From: Octopus sinensis
Lineage: Eukaryota
Length of the DNA stretch: 64,000 nt
Direction: 5' to 3'
Assembly (NCBI RefSeq): GCF_006345805.1
Contig: NC_043016.1
Location: 17,298,001-17,362,000, forward strand
Positions 1-11,000 of this stretch are shown piece by piece; position 1 is the first letter of the stretch, and every line of letters starts with the position of its first letter. Made by a program: the position numbers and the translations under genes. The notes under the pieces are model-generated. The model worked only from the letters and a program-made list of their open reading frames with translations. It made no database searches and was not told the DNA's origin.

Positions 1-2
1 AT

Positions 3-346
3 GGTAAAGACCCCCTACAATCATGAATGATCATGGGACTGCACCTAGAAAATTCCCCTCCAAGGTACAAGTCTGGGCAAGGTTGTTTCTATGGAAGACC
101 AGTTGTCATCCATGCCATACCAGCCTCCACTCTCCATGCCACTGATCTTATCCAAGGAGAAAGACAAAAGCTGATACAACTTGGCACCAGTGATGTCACA
201 ATTCATTTCTACAGATGAGTGAATTGGAGCAACGTGAAATAAAATGTCTTGCGCAAGAACACAACACACAGCCCAGTCAGGGAACCGAACTCACTACCTT
301 ATGATTGTGAGCCTGACGCTCTAACCACTGAGCCATGTGCCTTCAC
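3..346 (-). mobile_element. tRNA-derived SINE family A (also 2116-2448; partial copies at about 29425-29560, 30020-30210, 52425-52565)
   Basis: The minus strand begins ggcacatggctcagtggttagagcgtc...gagttcggttcc (A/B boxes) and has a CORE-like ttgcgcaagacat block. Two near full-length copies are in the window. Confidence 0.75.
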
Positions 347-849
347 TGTGTGGGAGCAGAGAGGGAGTTCAGTGTGTTAGCAAAGTTGTATGTGAATGTT
401 ATAGTGTGCAGGGTGAATATATAAGTTATGATGTTAGAGAATGGTATGTGTTAGGATTTATTGAGTAAATTTAATCTGAAAAGGTGTCAAAGTGTGTGTG
501 AATGTAGGAACAGAGAGAAAGAGAGAGTGGTGGGTGAGTGGTAGTGTGTTTGTGTATGGAGTGTGTGACTGATTGGATAGAGAACACACATGGTATGGGG
601 ATGTGTTTGCATATCCAGTGTGTGAGTAGAGAAGAAAGCAGATGGCAGGGGTATCATGTTTATGTATGTAGTGTGAAAGAGTATAGAGAAGGCAAGATGG
701 ACGTTGCAGAGAAGGGAGGTAATGCACAATGCATGTTTGTATATGCAGTACTTGGGAAGATGGAAAGTGGGGTGGCCGAATACAGACTGTGTATGAGGGA
801 AGTGATTTAGCAGTATGTAAATTAGTTACTAATTTCAGCATGAGCTAAA

Positions 850-1260
850 ATAGGAATGGACATTTAGTTGTTGTTCACTACGAAGCTTGAAAATGAGTTC
901 TATGGTGTTGTATAATCTCTCAGACAATGAGATCCATCAGCAGATGGAAGACCCCTGAAGATTTAAAATGATTGGTCAAATGGCCTCAGGTCACAGGCTT
1001 AAGGGATCTGCTGTGATCGTGCTGGACATCCAACAAAGCTTCTTCAAAGGATAAGACATGTGGTACCCAGTCTTTCCTATGTACAATAAGTGACAAAGTT
1101 GGCATTTAAAGCAGCAGATGACATTTTTGGACATATAAGAGGCCATGATGTGGAAAAAGTTCATTTTAATTGAGATGGGTGGAAATGCTGTTGAAAATGG
1201 TGGAAAGGCTGATGGAAATGTTGTAAGATGATGCATTAAAGGGGTCCAGTGACAGGGTGG
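850..1260 (-). mobile_element. Penelope-like element GIY-YIG endonuclease fragment, decayed
   Basis: SKNVICCFKCQLCHLLYIGKTG and downstream ELIFKLRS...LN resemble the PLE GIY-YIG (V)IYxIxCxxC...YIGxT. A possible RT remnant (FTNFFH...LEF) lies at about 1780-2040 beyond an inserted SINE. Confidence 0.6.
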
Positions 1261-1340
1261 AAGGTGAAGGAATTAGGAAGGTATCTACTGATGGCAAAAG
1301 TATGATGCAGAAATGAGGATGTGTGGTGAAAAGCGAGGGC

Positions 1341-1763
1341 TTACTCTTCTTTTATTTGTTTCAGTCATTTGACTGCGGCCATGCTGGAGCACTGCCTTTA
1401 GTCAAACAAATCGCCCCCAGGACTTGTTCTTTGTAAGCCAAGTACTTATTCTGTCAGTGTCTTTTGCTGAACTGCTAAGTTATGGGGACGTAAACATACC
1501 AACATCAGTTGTCAAGTGATGGTGAAGAGGGTGGACAAACACACACACAAACATATACATACATATATATATATATGTGTGTGTATATATATATATATGA
1601 TGGGCTTCTTTTAGTTTCTGTCTATCAAATCTACTCACAAGGCTTTGGTTGGCCTGAGATTATAGTAGAAGACAACTTGCCCAAGGTGCCAAGCAGTAGG
1701 ACTGAACCTGGAACTATGTGTTTGGGATGCAAGCGTCTTACCACACAGCCATACCTGTGCCTA
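1341..1763 (-). mobile_element. tRNA-derived SINE family B with internal (TA)/(TG) microsatellite; other copies at about 3105-3262, 4173-4385, 4398-4553, 20497-20900, 21228-21460, 23607-23773, 49607-50035, 50122-50482, 56183-56599, 61170-61510
   Basis: Shared head ggctgtgtggtaagaagcttgc...ggttcagtcccac, CORE-like accttgggcaagtgtctt block, and tail ccagcatggccgcagtcaaatgactgaaac. Confidence 0.85.
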
Positions 1764-2542
1764 TAATTGCAATTAATGTTAGTGGACAGTTGGTGGTAAC
1801 TTGACCGAAGGAAGAAGTGGAACGTATGGTGAAACTGATCCTGAAAATCAGAGACTGATTATATGACTGTGGATTTGGAATGAAGCATGATAAGATTAAA
1901 TCAAAGTGAGAGAAGGTTCAGTGGATTTGTAAAATCAGAGGGGAAATGGATTAGGGTGGGAAATATGCAGAGATGTTGGAGAAGGTAGATGCAAATTCTA
2001 AATCAGTGTGGAAGAAGTTGGTGAAAGCAGGTGAGCTGCTTATGGGTAAGGGAAGTATTTCATTCTAACTTTATTTGTTGACACAACCAATGTAGCATAT
2101 GTAAAGAGTAAAGTGTAAAGACCCCCTTCGGTCATGAATGACCATGAAATTGCACCTAGAAAGTTTGCCATCCAAGGTTCAAGTTCAGGTAAAGTTTATG
2201 GAAGACCAGCACTTGCTCATGCCATACCAGCCACCCGTCTCCATGCCGCCGATGTTATCCAAGAGAAGACAAAGGCTGATACAGTTTGGCACCAGTGATG
2301 TTACAACTCATTTCTACGGCTGAGTGAACTGGAGCAACATGAAATAAAGTGTCTTGCTCAAGAACACAACACACAGCTAGGTCTGGGAATTGAACTCACT
2401 GCCTCATGATTGTGAGCCTGATGCTCTAACCACTGAGCCATGTGACTTCATAGAATTGATGTTTTATTTTATGTACTTAAGTCTGAAAGATGGAGAGAAA
2501 TATCTTGTGAAATTACATCAGCGCCTGCATTTTAGGTTTCAT

Positions 2543-2950
2543 TGTCATCACCATTGTCATTTAACGTCTACTTTCCATGCTGGCACAGGTTTGACTGAGG
2601 ACTGGTGAGCCAGGAGGATGCACCAGGCTCTAATCTGATCTGGCAGAGTTTCTACAGCTGGATGCCCTTCCTAATGCCAACCACTCCGAGAGTGTAGTGG
2701 GGGATTTTACAGTTCAGTCAGGCTGTTCTGGCAACGACCACACTCGAATGTTGTTTTTCATGTGCCAGTAAGGAAACACTGGCAATGATCATGTGTGAAT
2801 GGTGCTTTTTACGTGCCACCGTCACGGGAGCCAATCTGTGGCCCTGGCAACGATCATGCTCAGATGAGCTTTTAACGTTCCACTGGCACAAGTGCCAATC
2901 AGGCAGTACTGTCATCAGCCACTTCAGCGATTTTGATTTTGATCTCACTT
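2543..2950 (-). mobile_element. RTE-tail repeat (family D) with part of a related 3' UTR; short tail copies at about 13908-14075, 34991-35117, 39440-39651, 46272-46375, 47407-47511, 55976-56165, 58075-58225
   Basis: Same terminal sequence (ggaagggcatccagctgtagaaac...gttaaa(tga)n) as the RTE at 12370-12543. Confidence 0.8.
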
Positions 2951-3661
2951 GCTTCAATGTTTCCATATCCTAATTCTTTATCTTAATTCAGATTAAGTGT
3001 TTTAATTATACAGTCTCTTAATTATTCAGCTATTAGTCTTCTTCTACAATTTATTAGAACACATAATCAAAATCTAAAAGAGAAAAGAGAATATTTTCCA
3101 TAATGGTGCAGGAATGGCTGTGAGGTAAGGAGCTTGCTTCCCATCCACATGGTTCTGGGTTCAGTTCCACTGCATGACATCTTGAGTAAGTGTTTTCTAC
3201 TGCCTTGTGAGTGGATTTGGTAGACGGAAACTGAAAGAAGCCCATCGAGTATATATATATATGAATTTGAGTAACTGTTAACATAATTTACTTCAAGGTA
3301 TGGATGAATTAAGTTTAGTTTTAACTTCCCCATTCTTATAAACATCAAAAGTGGATATTTAACTCTCTTTGACCCTAACCCAAACCACATGTGTGCGTAT
3401 GCTTGCATTTTCATGGATGCTTGTATGAGTGAGTGTACACATGCCATGCAGCTTATGCAAGGATGTTTATACATGCATATTTATTAACAGTTATTTTTAC
3501 TACTTTTCTCACTGCATTACGTGTCCGTTTCCCTTTTATTCCCATCTGTGATTTTATTTTTGGTCTTCTGTGTAAACGAAGGTATTTCCTTCATTTTGCT
3601 GCTTTCTATGAAATGAGAAAATACATAATGGAACTGTTATTTTAACAAGTTGTGTCTATTC

Positions 3662-3760
3662 ATTGTCTGATGAGAGACATCTGCACCGCCAGATGCTCCT
3701 GAACCAGTTGTTGAGTGTCGCACCTGTGACGGATCGATGCATCGAAACAATTGTCGTAAT
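3662..3760 (+). ncRNA. Hammerhead motif in a Penelope pLTR-like fragment (about 3480-3800)
   Basis: CTGATGA (3667) ... GAAAC-AATT-GTC (3744-3755). Stem I attgt/gtaat needs two G-U pairs and stem II is imperfect. The fragment ends at (TA)n. Confidence 0.55.
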
Positions 3761-3804
3761 TAATAATAAATTCTCGTATATTCCATCTTCTGTTTTATAT
3801 ATAA

Positions 3805-4172
3805 ACTAGCAGTATCGCCCGGCGTTGCTCGGGTTTGTAAGGGAAATAACTATATAAGCATTTTTAGAGATGTAAAGTATAATAGCCATCTCAATATGGC
3901 TAACCACAAAGGGGGGTGTTACTGTAGCTTTTTACATTCTGAGATTTAATAATACATTTTTAGAGAGTTACAAAAAATGGATTAAAAATGGGAAAAAATG
4001 ATGGTAAATTTTTTTTTAAATTGTAGACGCGCGCTAATACCCAGAAGGGCTCAATATAAATCATGACTATAAGATACCCGCTTTTGGTTACACTGCATCG
4101 CAAAATGTGGGAGTAGTTAGGAATCTAATTCGTAGGAGACAGACACACAACTTCACTTTTATATATAAAGAT
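3805..4172 (+). mobile_element. Helentron-associated (HINE/DINE-1-like) non-autonomous element
   Basis: 5' actagcagtatcgCCCGGcgttgctCGGG hairpin and 3' agacagacacac...ttttatatataaagat end, which is the typical HINE layout. Confidence 0.5.
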
Positions 4173-4981
4173 TTGTGTGTTTGTGTCTGTGCTTGTCCCT
4201 GCACCATCGCTTGACAACTGATCTTGGTGTGTTTACATTCCCATAACTTAGCAGTTTGGTAAAAGAGACCAATAGAATAAGTACCAGGCTTACAAAGAAT
4301 AAGTTTAGGGGTTGGTTTCCTCAACTAAAAGATAATGCTCCAGTATGGCCACAGTTAAAATGACTGAAACACATAAAAGAATAAAAAAATATTTATTATG
4401 GGTTTCTTTCAGTTTCTGTCTACAAAACCCACTGGCAAGGCTTTGGTTGGCCCAAGGCTATAGCAGAAAACTTGTGTAAGGTACCCTGCTGAGAGACTGA
4501 CCTCAAAACCATGTGGTTTAGAAGCAAACTTCTTACCACATGGCCTCACCTGCTAAAAATAATTGTATGAATAATTGTATGAATATATAAATATATCGGA
4601 AAGAGCCAGACTCCCCTATATTTCTGAATGTTTTATACTGTGTTGAAAAGCACAGCAGATGCACGGTTTTAAAGAGACAGAAATATTTCAGAACCTAACA
4701 CCATTTGTCATATCTTGTTAAATATTAAAATTCTATTTACATCATAAAATAAATTGAAAATAAATATTTATATTGCCAATTCACTCACAGAATAAACATA
4801 ATTAGTCGCTTAACTCTTCATGATCTGAAATATCCATCAACAAGTGATGGTAATGGTGGCGGTAGTCGTAATGTGTTTGTAGAACTGTAACAGTGAAGTA
4901 GGGACGATCACAAACGTAATTAACAAAACACATTTTTGCCTCTAAATCTCTTAAAATTTTTATTATTTCTTTATTTTGCAG

Positions 4982-5073
4982 CTACTCCAATATTGGCGTA
5001 AAAGGCCAATATTTATACCATATTTCAGACAAGTATGGCAAACAAATCAGAGGCCCGCCTGAAAAGGAAGAAA
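4982..5073 (+). CDS. NID1: Nidogen exon, C-terminal end of NIDO (G1) domain ([30 protein letters not shown])
   Basis: Strong acceptor ttattatttctttattttgcAG and donor GTAAGT at 5074. 92 nt, phase 2 to phase 1. [11 protein letters not shown] resembles the NIDO terminal motif SNxGxxGxW/YxF. The exit phase matches the downstream exons. Confidence 0.75.
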
Positions 5074-8000
5074 GTAAGTAATGTTAGAAATAAAATTTTT
5101 ATTAAAAAAAATGATAAATTGTTTGATAAAATTTGTTTTATATTTTTGTAATTCCATTTCCCTACGTACCAATCAGGTTTCTGTCATGGAAGGAAAACAT
5201 CTCCATCTTAAATGTTTAGCAAATATGTTGAATCATTGTGGCAATAAATAACACTGACGTCATTTGTACACTTTTCCTGATATTTTGACTGCATACTGGA
5301 AAAATGGATAAGTTTTTCTCAATTATTATTTTGTGTGTGTGTGTGTGTAGACAGTATTTATTAACCACATCAAATTCTGCCACCTTTCAAAGGCTATGGG
5401 AAATTTCCTCCTTCCTCCATCCCTCCTCTTCTATCCTCGTCTATCCTCCTCCTCCTCCATCTTGCTGCTACCATACTCATCCTCTTCTTTATCACCCCTT
5501 TCTTCTACTCCTCCTTCCCTCATCCTGTTCTTCCTCCCCCAGCCCCATTTTCCCTTTACTCTATCCTTTGTCTTTCTCTTCTTCCTCATTCTTTCCTCCC
5601 CACTCTGCAGATCTTTCTCTTTCTCCACCACATCCCATCCACCCTTTTTCCCCTCCCCTCCTGCACCTCCCTTTGCTCTTCCTTCTTTTGGTCCTTTTTT
5701 CAACACACACCATAAAGTTAATGACAAAACCCATGAGTGTAATTAACAGACGAGTGTTCTTCGTCACAACACCAAACTATTTAACGAGTTCCACTATCCA
5801 GTCTTTCAGTTATTATTGCTAAACTGATTTTCTATGATATTGATGAAGATCACTTATTGATCTCACTAACACATATAGATTGGTCATTCAACTCCTTGTT
5901 ATTTGGCCCTTCTTTTTTTTTTTTTCCAGCTAACCTTTTCAAAACCAATCCTTGAGAACCCTTTTATTAAAATGTCCAAATATTTAATTTAAATCTTGAA
6001 CAGTAAAATCATTATGACAAAGATTTGCAAATTCTAGCCTCCGGCACCCATCTCCAGCCACCTCTACCCTGCCTCTACCCTATCTTTCCCTCCTACCATC
6101 TCATTCAGTTCATCCCCTACTTTAGCTGCTCTTACTGCAGTTATCTTGCTCTACCTATCTCTAGTCTAACTATTTTCCACCACCAACACAAGACTCTAAC
6201 CTATTTCCTTTCCAGCTACAATATATTCTCATCATATGATTTTAACGACACCTAATTCACCAATAATTTACTCTCAGATGTGTTTCCACAGAAAAAAAAA
6301 ATCAAGAACAACAACAAAAAACAAAAAAACGTGCCATAAATTATTTAGTAATATAGAATAAGAACAACCAAATTGTTCAGTCACATGATATATATAGCTA
6401 ATGTTCACAATCAATTATTTGGTAATTATTACTTTACGCATTCATAAAAAGAGACCTACAAAGCATCACCAAATTCCTCAATAGAGAATAAAAATATCTT
6501 TTTGGTAAAAAAAAATTACTTCAGGTTATTTACTGTTTAAAGAAAGATGAATTTTATTTACTTGAAAATGAGAAAAGAGTTGTGTTTAATATTTGATTGA
6601 AAGTTCTCCCCACAAAAATTCTCTCTTCAACTATTATCTCTTCTTTGTTATTATTCATTAATATTCATAAAACTGCATCAATGAGAACAGCTAACACAGC
6701 ATCTGTCTGCAGGCATTTTTATGAATATTTTTTTTTTCTCATACTAATCTAGTCAGTGGTGTGATGTGAAATTGTTGTTGTGTAGCTTCAGGTCAGCTTT
6801 GATGAACAGAAGTAACAGACAGATATCATGTGGTGTGATATGTTGTTACACTTGGTAATTAGTATCGGTGATATGGTATTAGATTTTGTAGTCACAGTGT
6901 GTAATAAATACCAACTGCACAGTGATAATGCGTTGTGCTGTGAAATAAAAAGTTAAATAAAAAGATGGATATTTCATAAAGATTTTGAAAAAAGAATAAC
7001 CAGAACGCACACACATAAAACTTATAAACAACAGCATTTAAATAAAAATTGGGTTGAAAAACACTTTTGGATGGAAAAAAGTCAAAAGTTGCCCATAGGA
7101 TTTGAAGCCACATCTTCTGTAAACATGATAGAGTTTCTGCAATTGGACTAAAGTTAATCCTTTGAATTCCTCTGTCCATTTTGGAAACTTTGTTCTGACT
7201 AATGAGAATTTTATGTTATTGACGTCAAAAGAATGTTTATAAATAGTGATCTCAAAGTGTATAAAGTTATAAACAATAGCATATAAATAGCTGATAAGTT
7301 TCTAAAATTGAGAGAGAAATTCAAAGGATTAACTTTGGTCCAATGGTAGAACATCTGCCATGTTTACAGAGGATGTAGGTTCAAATCCTATGGACAGCCT
7401 TTGACTTTTTCTATTCAGAAAGGTTTTTCAACCAAACATTTACATCATCATCATCATCATTACATGATATTGTTTATAGCCTTATGTATGTGCTTCAAGA
7501 TACACTATTCTAAAAAAGAGTTATTTTATGTTCTCTCTCAAGGTTTATAAAATTCTTATACCATAAACAATGTGTAGTTCTTGTTGGTAAAGATAAAGTT
7601 TCTAAAGTGTAGAGAGACATTAAGAGGATTGACTTTGGTCCAATGGTAAAATGTCTGTCATGTCTACAGATGATATAGGTTCAAGTCCCATGGACAACCT
7701 TCAACATTTTCTATCCAAAAGAGATTTTCAATCCAATATTTACAAGATATTGTTTATAGATTTATGTATGTGATTTGAGAAATACCATTCCAAAAAAGAA
7801 TTATTTCGCATTCTCTCAAGAGTTTACAAAATTCTTATGACGTCAAAAAATAGTAATATTTCTTTGGTCTTGTTTGTTCTGGTAGATTCTGTAAGAGTGG
7901 AGAGCAGCCTGGTGTCAGAGGTTTCACAGGGTCCCTTTCTGCACATTATAAGCTTTGATACTTGGCTGTTATTTATCGTGGGAGACATTCAACATCCAAG

Positions 8001-11000
8001 AATCCAATCTCAAAATCCTAGCTGTCCCCAGCAGATTAGATTTTTGGGAGCTTGCTCTTCTGTCATGTCAATTCTGATTTCTTGAACTTGGTTCCTAGTG
8101 CTCCGAGTGCCCTTATAACTACTGGAATGACCTGCACTCTCCTGATAGTCCAGATTCTTGCAATTTCGTCTTTTAGTAGTCTGTACTTTCCAATCTTTTC
8201 TAGTTCTTTGTCACTTATGCATGCATCCATTATTAATAATAATAATAATAATAATAATGGATGCATGCATAAGTGACAAAGAACTAGAAAAGATTGGAAA
8301 GTACAGACTACTAAAAGACGAAATTGCAAGAATCTGGACTATCAGGAGAGTGCAGGTCATTCCAGTAGTTATAAGGGCACTCGGAGCACTAGGAACCAAG
8401 TTCAAGAAATCAGAATTGACATGACAGAAGAGCAAGCTCCCAAAAATCTAATCTGCTGGGGACAGCTAGGATTTTGAGATTGGATTCTTGGATGTTGAAT
8501 GTCTCCCACGATAAATAACAGCCAAGTATCAAAGCTTATAATGTGCAGAAAGGGACCCTGTGAAACCTCTGACACCAGGCTGCTCTCCACTCTTACAGAA
8601 TCTACCAGAACAAACAAGACCAAAGAAATATTACTATTTTTTGACGTCATAAGAATTTTGTAAACTCTTGAGAGAATGCGAAATAATTCTTTTTTGGAAT
8701 GGTATTTCTCAAGGCCACGACCGGATGGTGTTTGTTATGTGCCCACAGCACGATGGCGAGTGATGCGGTACTGACTACGGCCACGTTCGGATGGATTCTT
8801 GTGTGCCACCGGCACTGGTACCACAAGGATACGAATTCCATTGATGTTCATCTATTTTGATTTGTTTTGATTTTATTTGATTTTCACTTGCCTCAGCAGG
8901 TCTTCACAAGTGTCACAAGAAGGAAGGTATGTACAGGTGGACTGACTACGTCCCAGGTAGGGCCCACGGGTTATGACCTGACTAGTCTTGCCGGGTCTTC
9001 GGATGGTGTTTTTATGTGCCACCATGTTCCCACAGCACGGAGGCCAGTCGATGCGGTACTGGCTACGGCCACGTTCGGATGGTTTTCTTGTGTGCCACAG
9101 GCACTGGTACCACAAAGATACAAATTCCATTGATGTTCATCTATTTTGATTGATTTTCACTTGCCTCAGCAGGTCTTCACAAGTGTCACAAGAAGGAAGG
9201 TATGCACAGGTGGATCGACTACGTCCCAGGTAGGGGCCACGGGATATGGCCTGACTAGTCCTGCCGGGTCCTCTCATGCATAGCACACTTCCATAGGACT
9301 CGGTCTTCAGTCATTTCCTTGGTGAGACCTAAAGTTCGAAGGTCGTGCTTCACCACCTCGTCCCAGGTTTTCCTGGGTCTACCTCTTCCACATGTTCCCT
9401 CAACTGCTAGGGTGTAGCACTTTTGCACACAACTATCTTCAGCCATTCTCGTCACATGACCATACCAGCGCAGCCGTCTCTCTTGCACACCACAACTGAC
9501 ACTTCTTAGGTTCAACTTTTCTCTCAAAGTACTTACACTCTGACGATTATGAACACTGACATTACACATCCATCGGAGCATACTGGCTTCATTTCTTGCA
9601 AGCTTACGCATATCCTCAGCTGTCACGGCCCATGTTTCACTACCATGTAGCATGGCTGTACGTACACACGCATCATATAGTCTGCCTTTTACTCTTAGCG
9701 AGAGGCCTTTTGTCACCAGCAGGGGTAAGAGCTCTCTAAACTTTGTCCAGGCTATTCTTACTCTAGCAGTTACACTTTCAGCACACCCACCCCCGCTACT
9801 GACTTGGTCTCCTAGGTAGCGGAAGCTATCAACTACTTCTAGTTTGTCTCCCTGGAACGTGGTAGAAGTTGGTCTCTGCATATTTCCAGTGTTTATTTCT
9901 CCTGAGCATCTGCCACAGACAAAAACTATTTTCTTAGTTAGCCTTCCTTTGACATTGCTGCACCTCTTATGTGTCCATAGCTTACACTTGGTGCACCTTA
10001 TAGAGTTTCTACCTACACCTTTTTTACAGATCGAGCAGGGCCATCTACCTGAAGTCGTTTGTGGTTGGTCCACCTTCCTACTTATTAGGACTTTGGTTTT
10101 GGCTAGGTTGATTCTAAGGCCCTTCGATTCTAATCCTTGTTTCCACACCTGAAACTTCTCCTCCAGTTCTGATAGTGACTCAGCAATTAGAGCAAGGTCA
10201 TCAGCATATAGGAGCTCCCAGGGGCATCCTGTCTTAAATTCTTCCGTTATTGCCTGGAGGACTATGATAAATAGGAGGGGGCTGAGGACTGAACCTTGGT
10301 GGACCCCAACCTCTACCCGGAATTCTTCACTGTACTCGTTGCCAACCCTCACCTTACTAGCTGCGTCTCTGTACATGGCTCGCACAGCTCTCACTAACCA
10401 TTCATCTATCCCTAGTTTCCTCATTGACCACCAGATAAGGGATCGGGGGACCCTGTCAAAGGCTTTCTCTAAGTCAACAAAAGCCAGGTACAAGGGCTTA
10501 CCTTTGGCTAGGTATTTCTCCTGCAGCTGTCTTACCAGGAATATAGCATTAGTAGTACTTTTCCCTGGCACGAACCCAAACTGCATATCATCTAAGCTAA
10601 CTCTCTCTCTAATTAACTGGGCTATAACCCTCTCCGTAACCTTCATTACCTGATCCAACAGCTTGATGCCCCTGTATCACTGGCCATCGTGCTGTGGGCA
10701 CATAACAAACACCATCCGGTCGTGGCCGTTCGCCAGCCTCATCTAGCACCTGTGTCGGTGGCACATAAAAACACCTTCCGAAGACCCGGCAAGACTAGTC
10801 AGGCCATAAACCATGGCCCCTACCTGGGACGTAGTCAGTCCACCTGTGCATACCTTCCTCCTTGTGATACTTGTGAAGGCCTGTTGAGGCAAGTGAAAAT
10901 CAAAATCAAATCAAAACAAATCAAAATAGATGAACATCAATGGAATTTGTATCTTTGTGGTACCAGTGCCGGTGGCACACAAGAGAAAACCATCCGAAAG

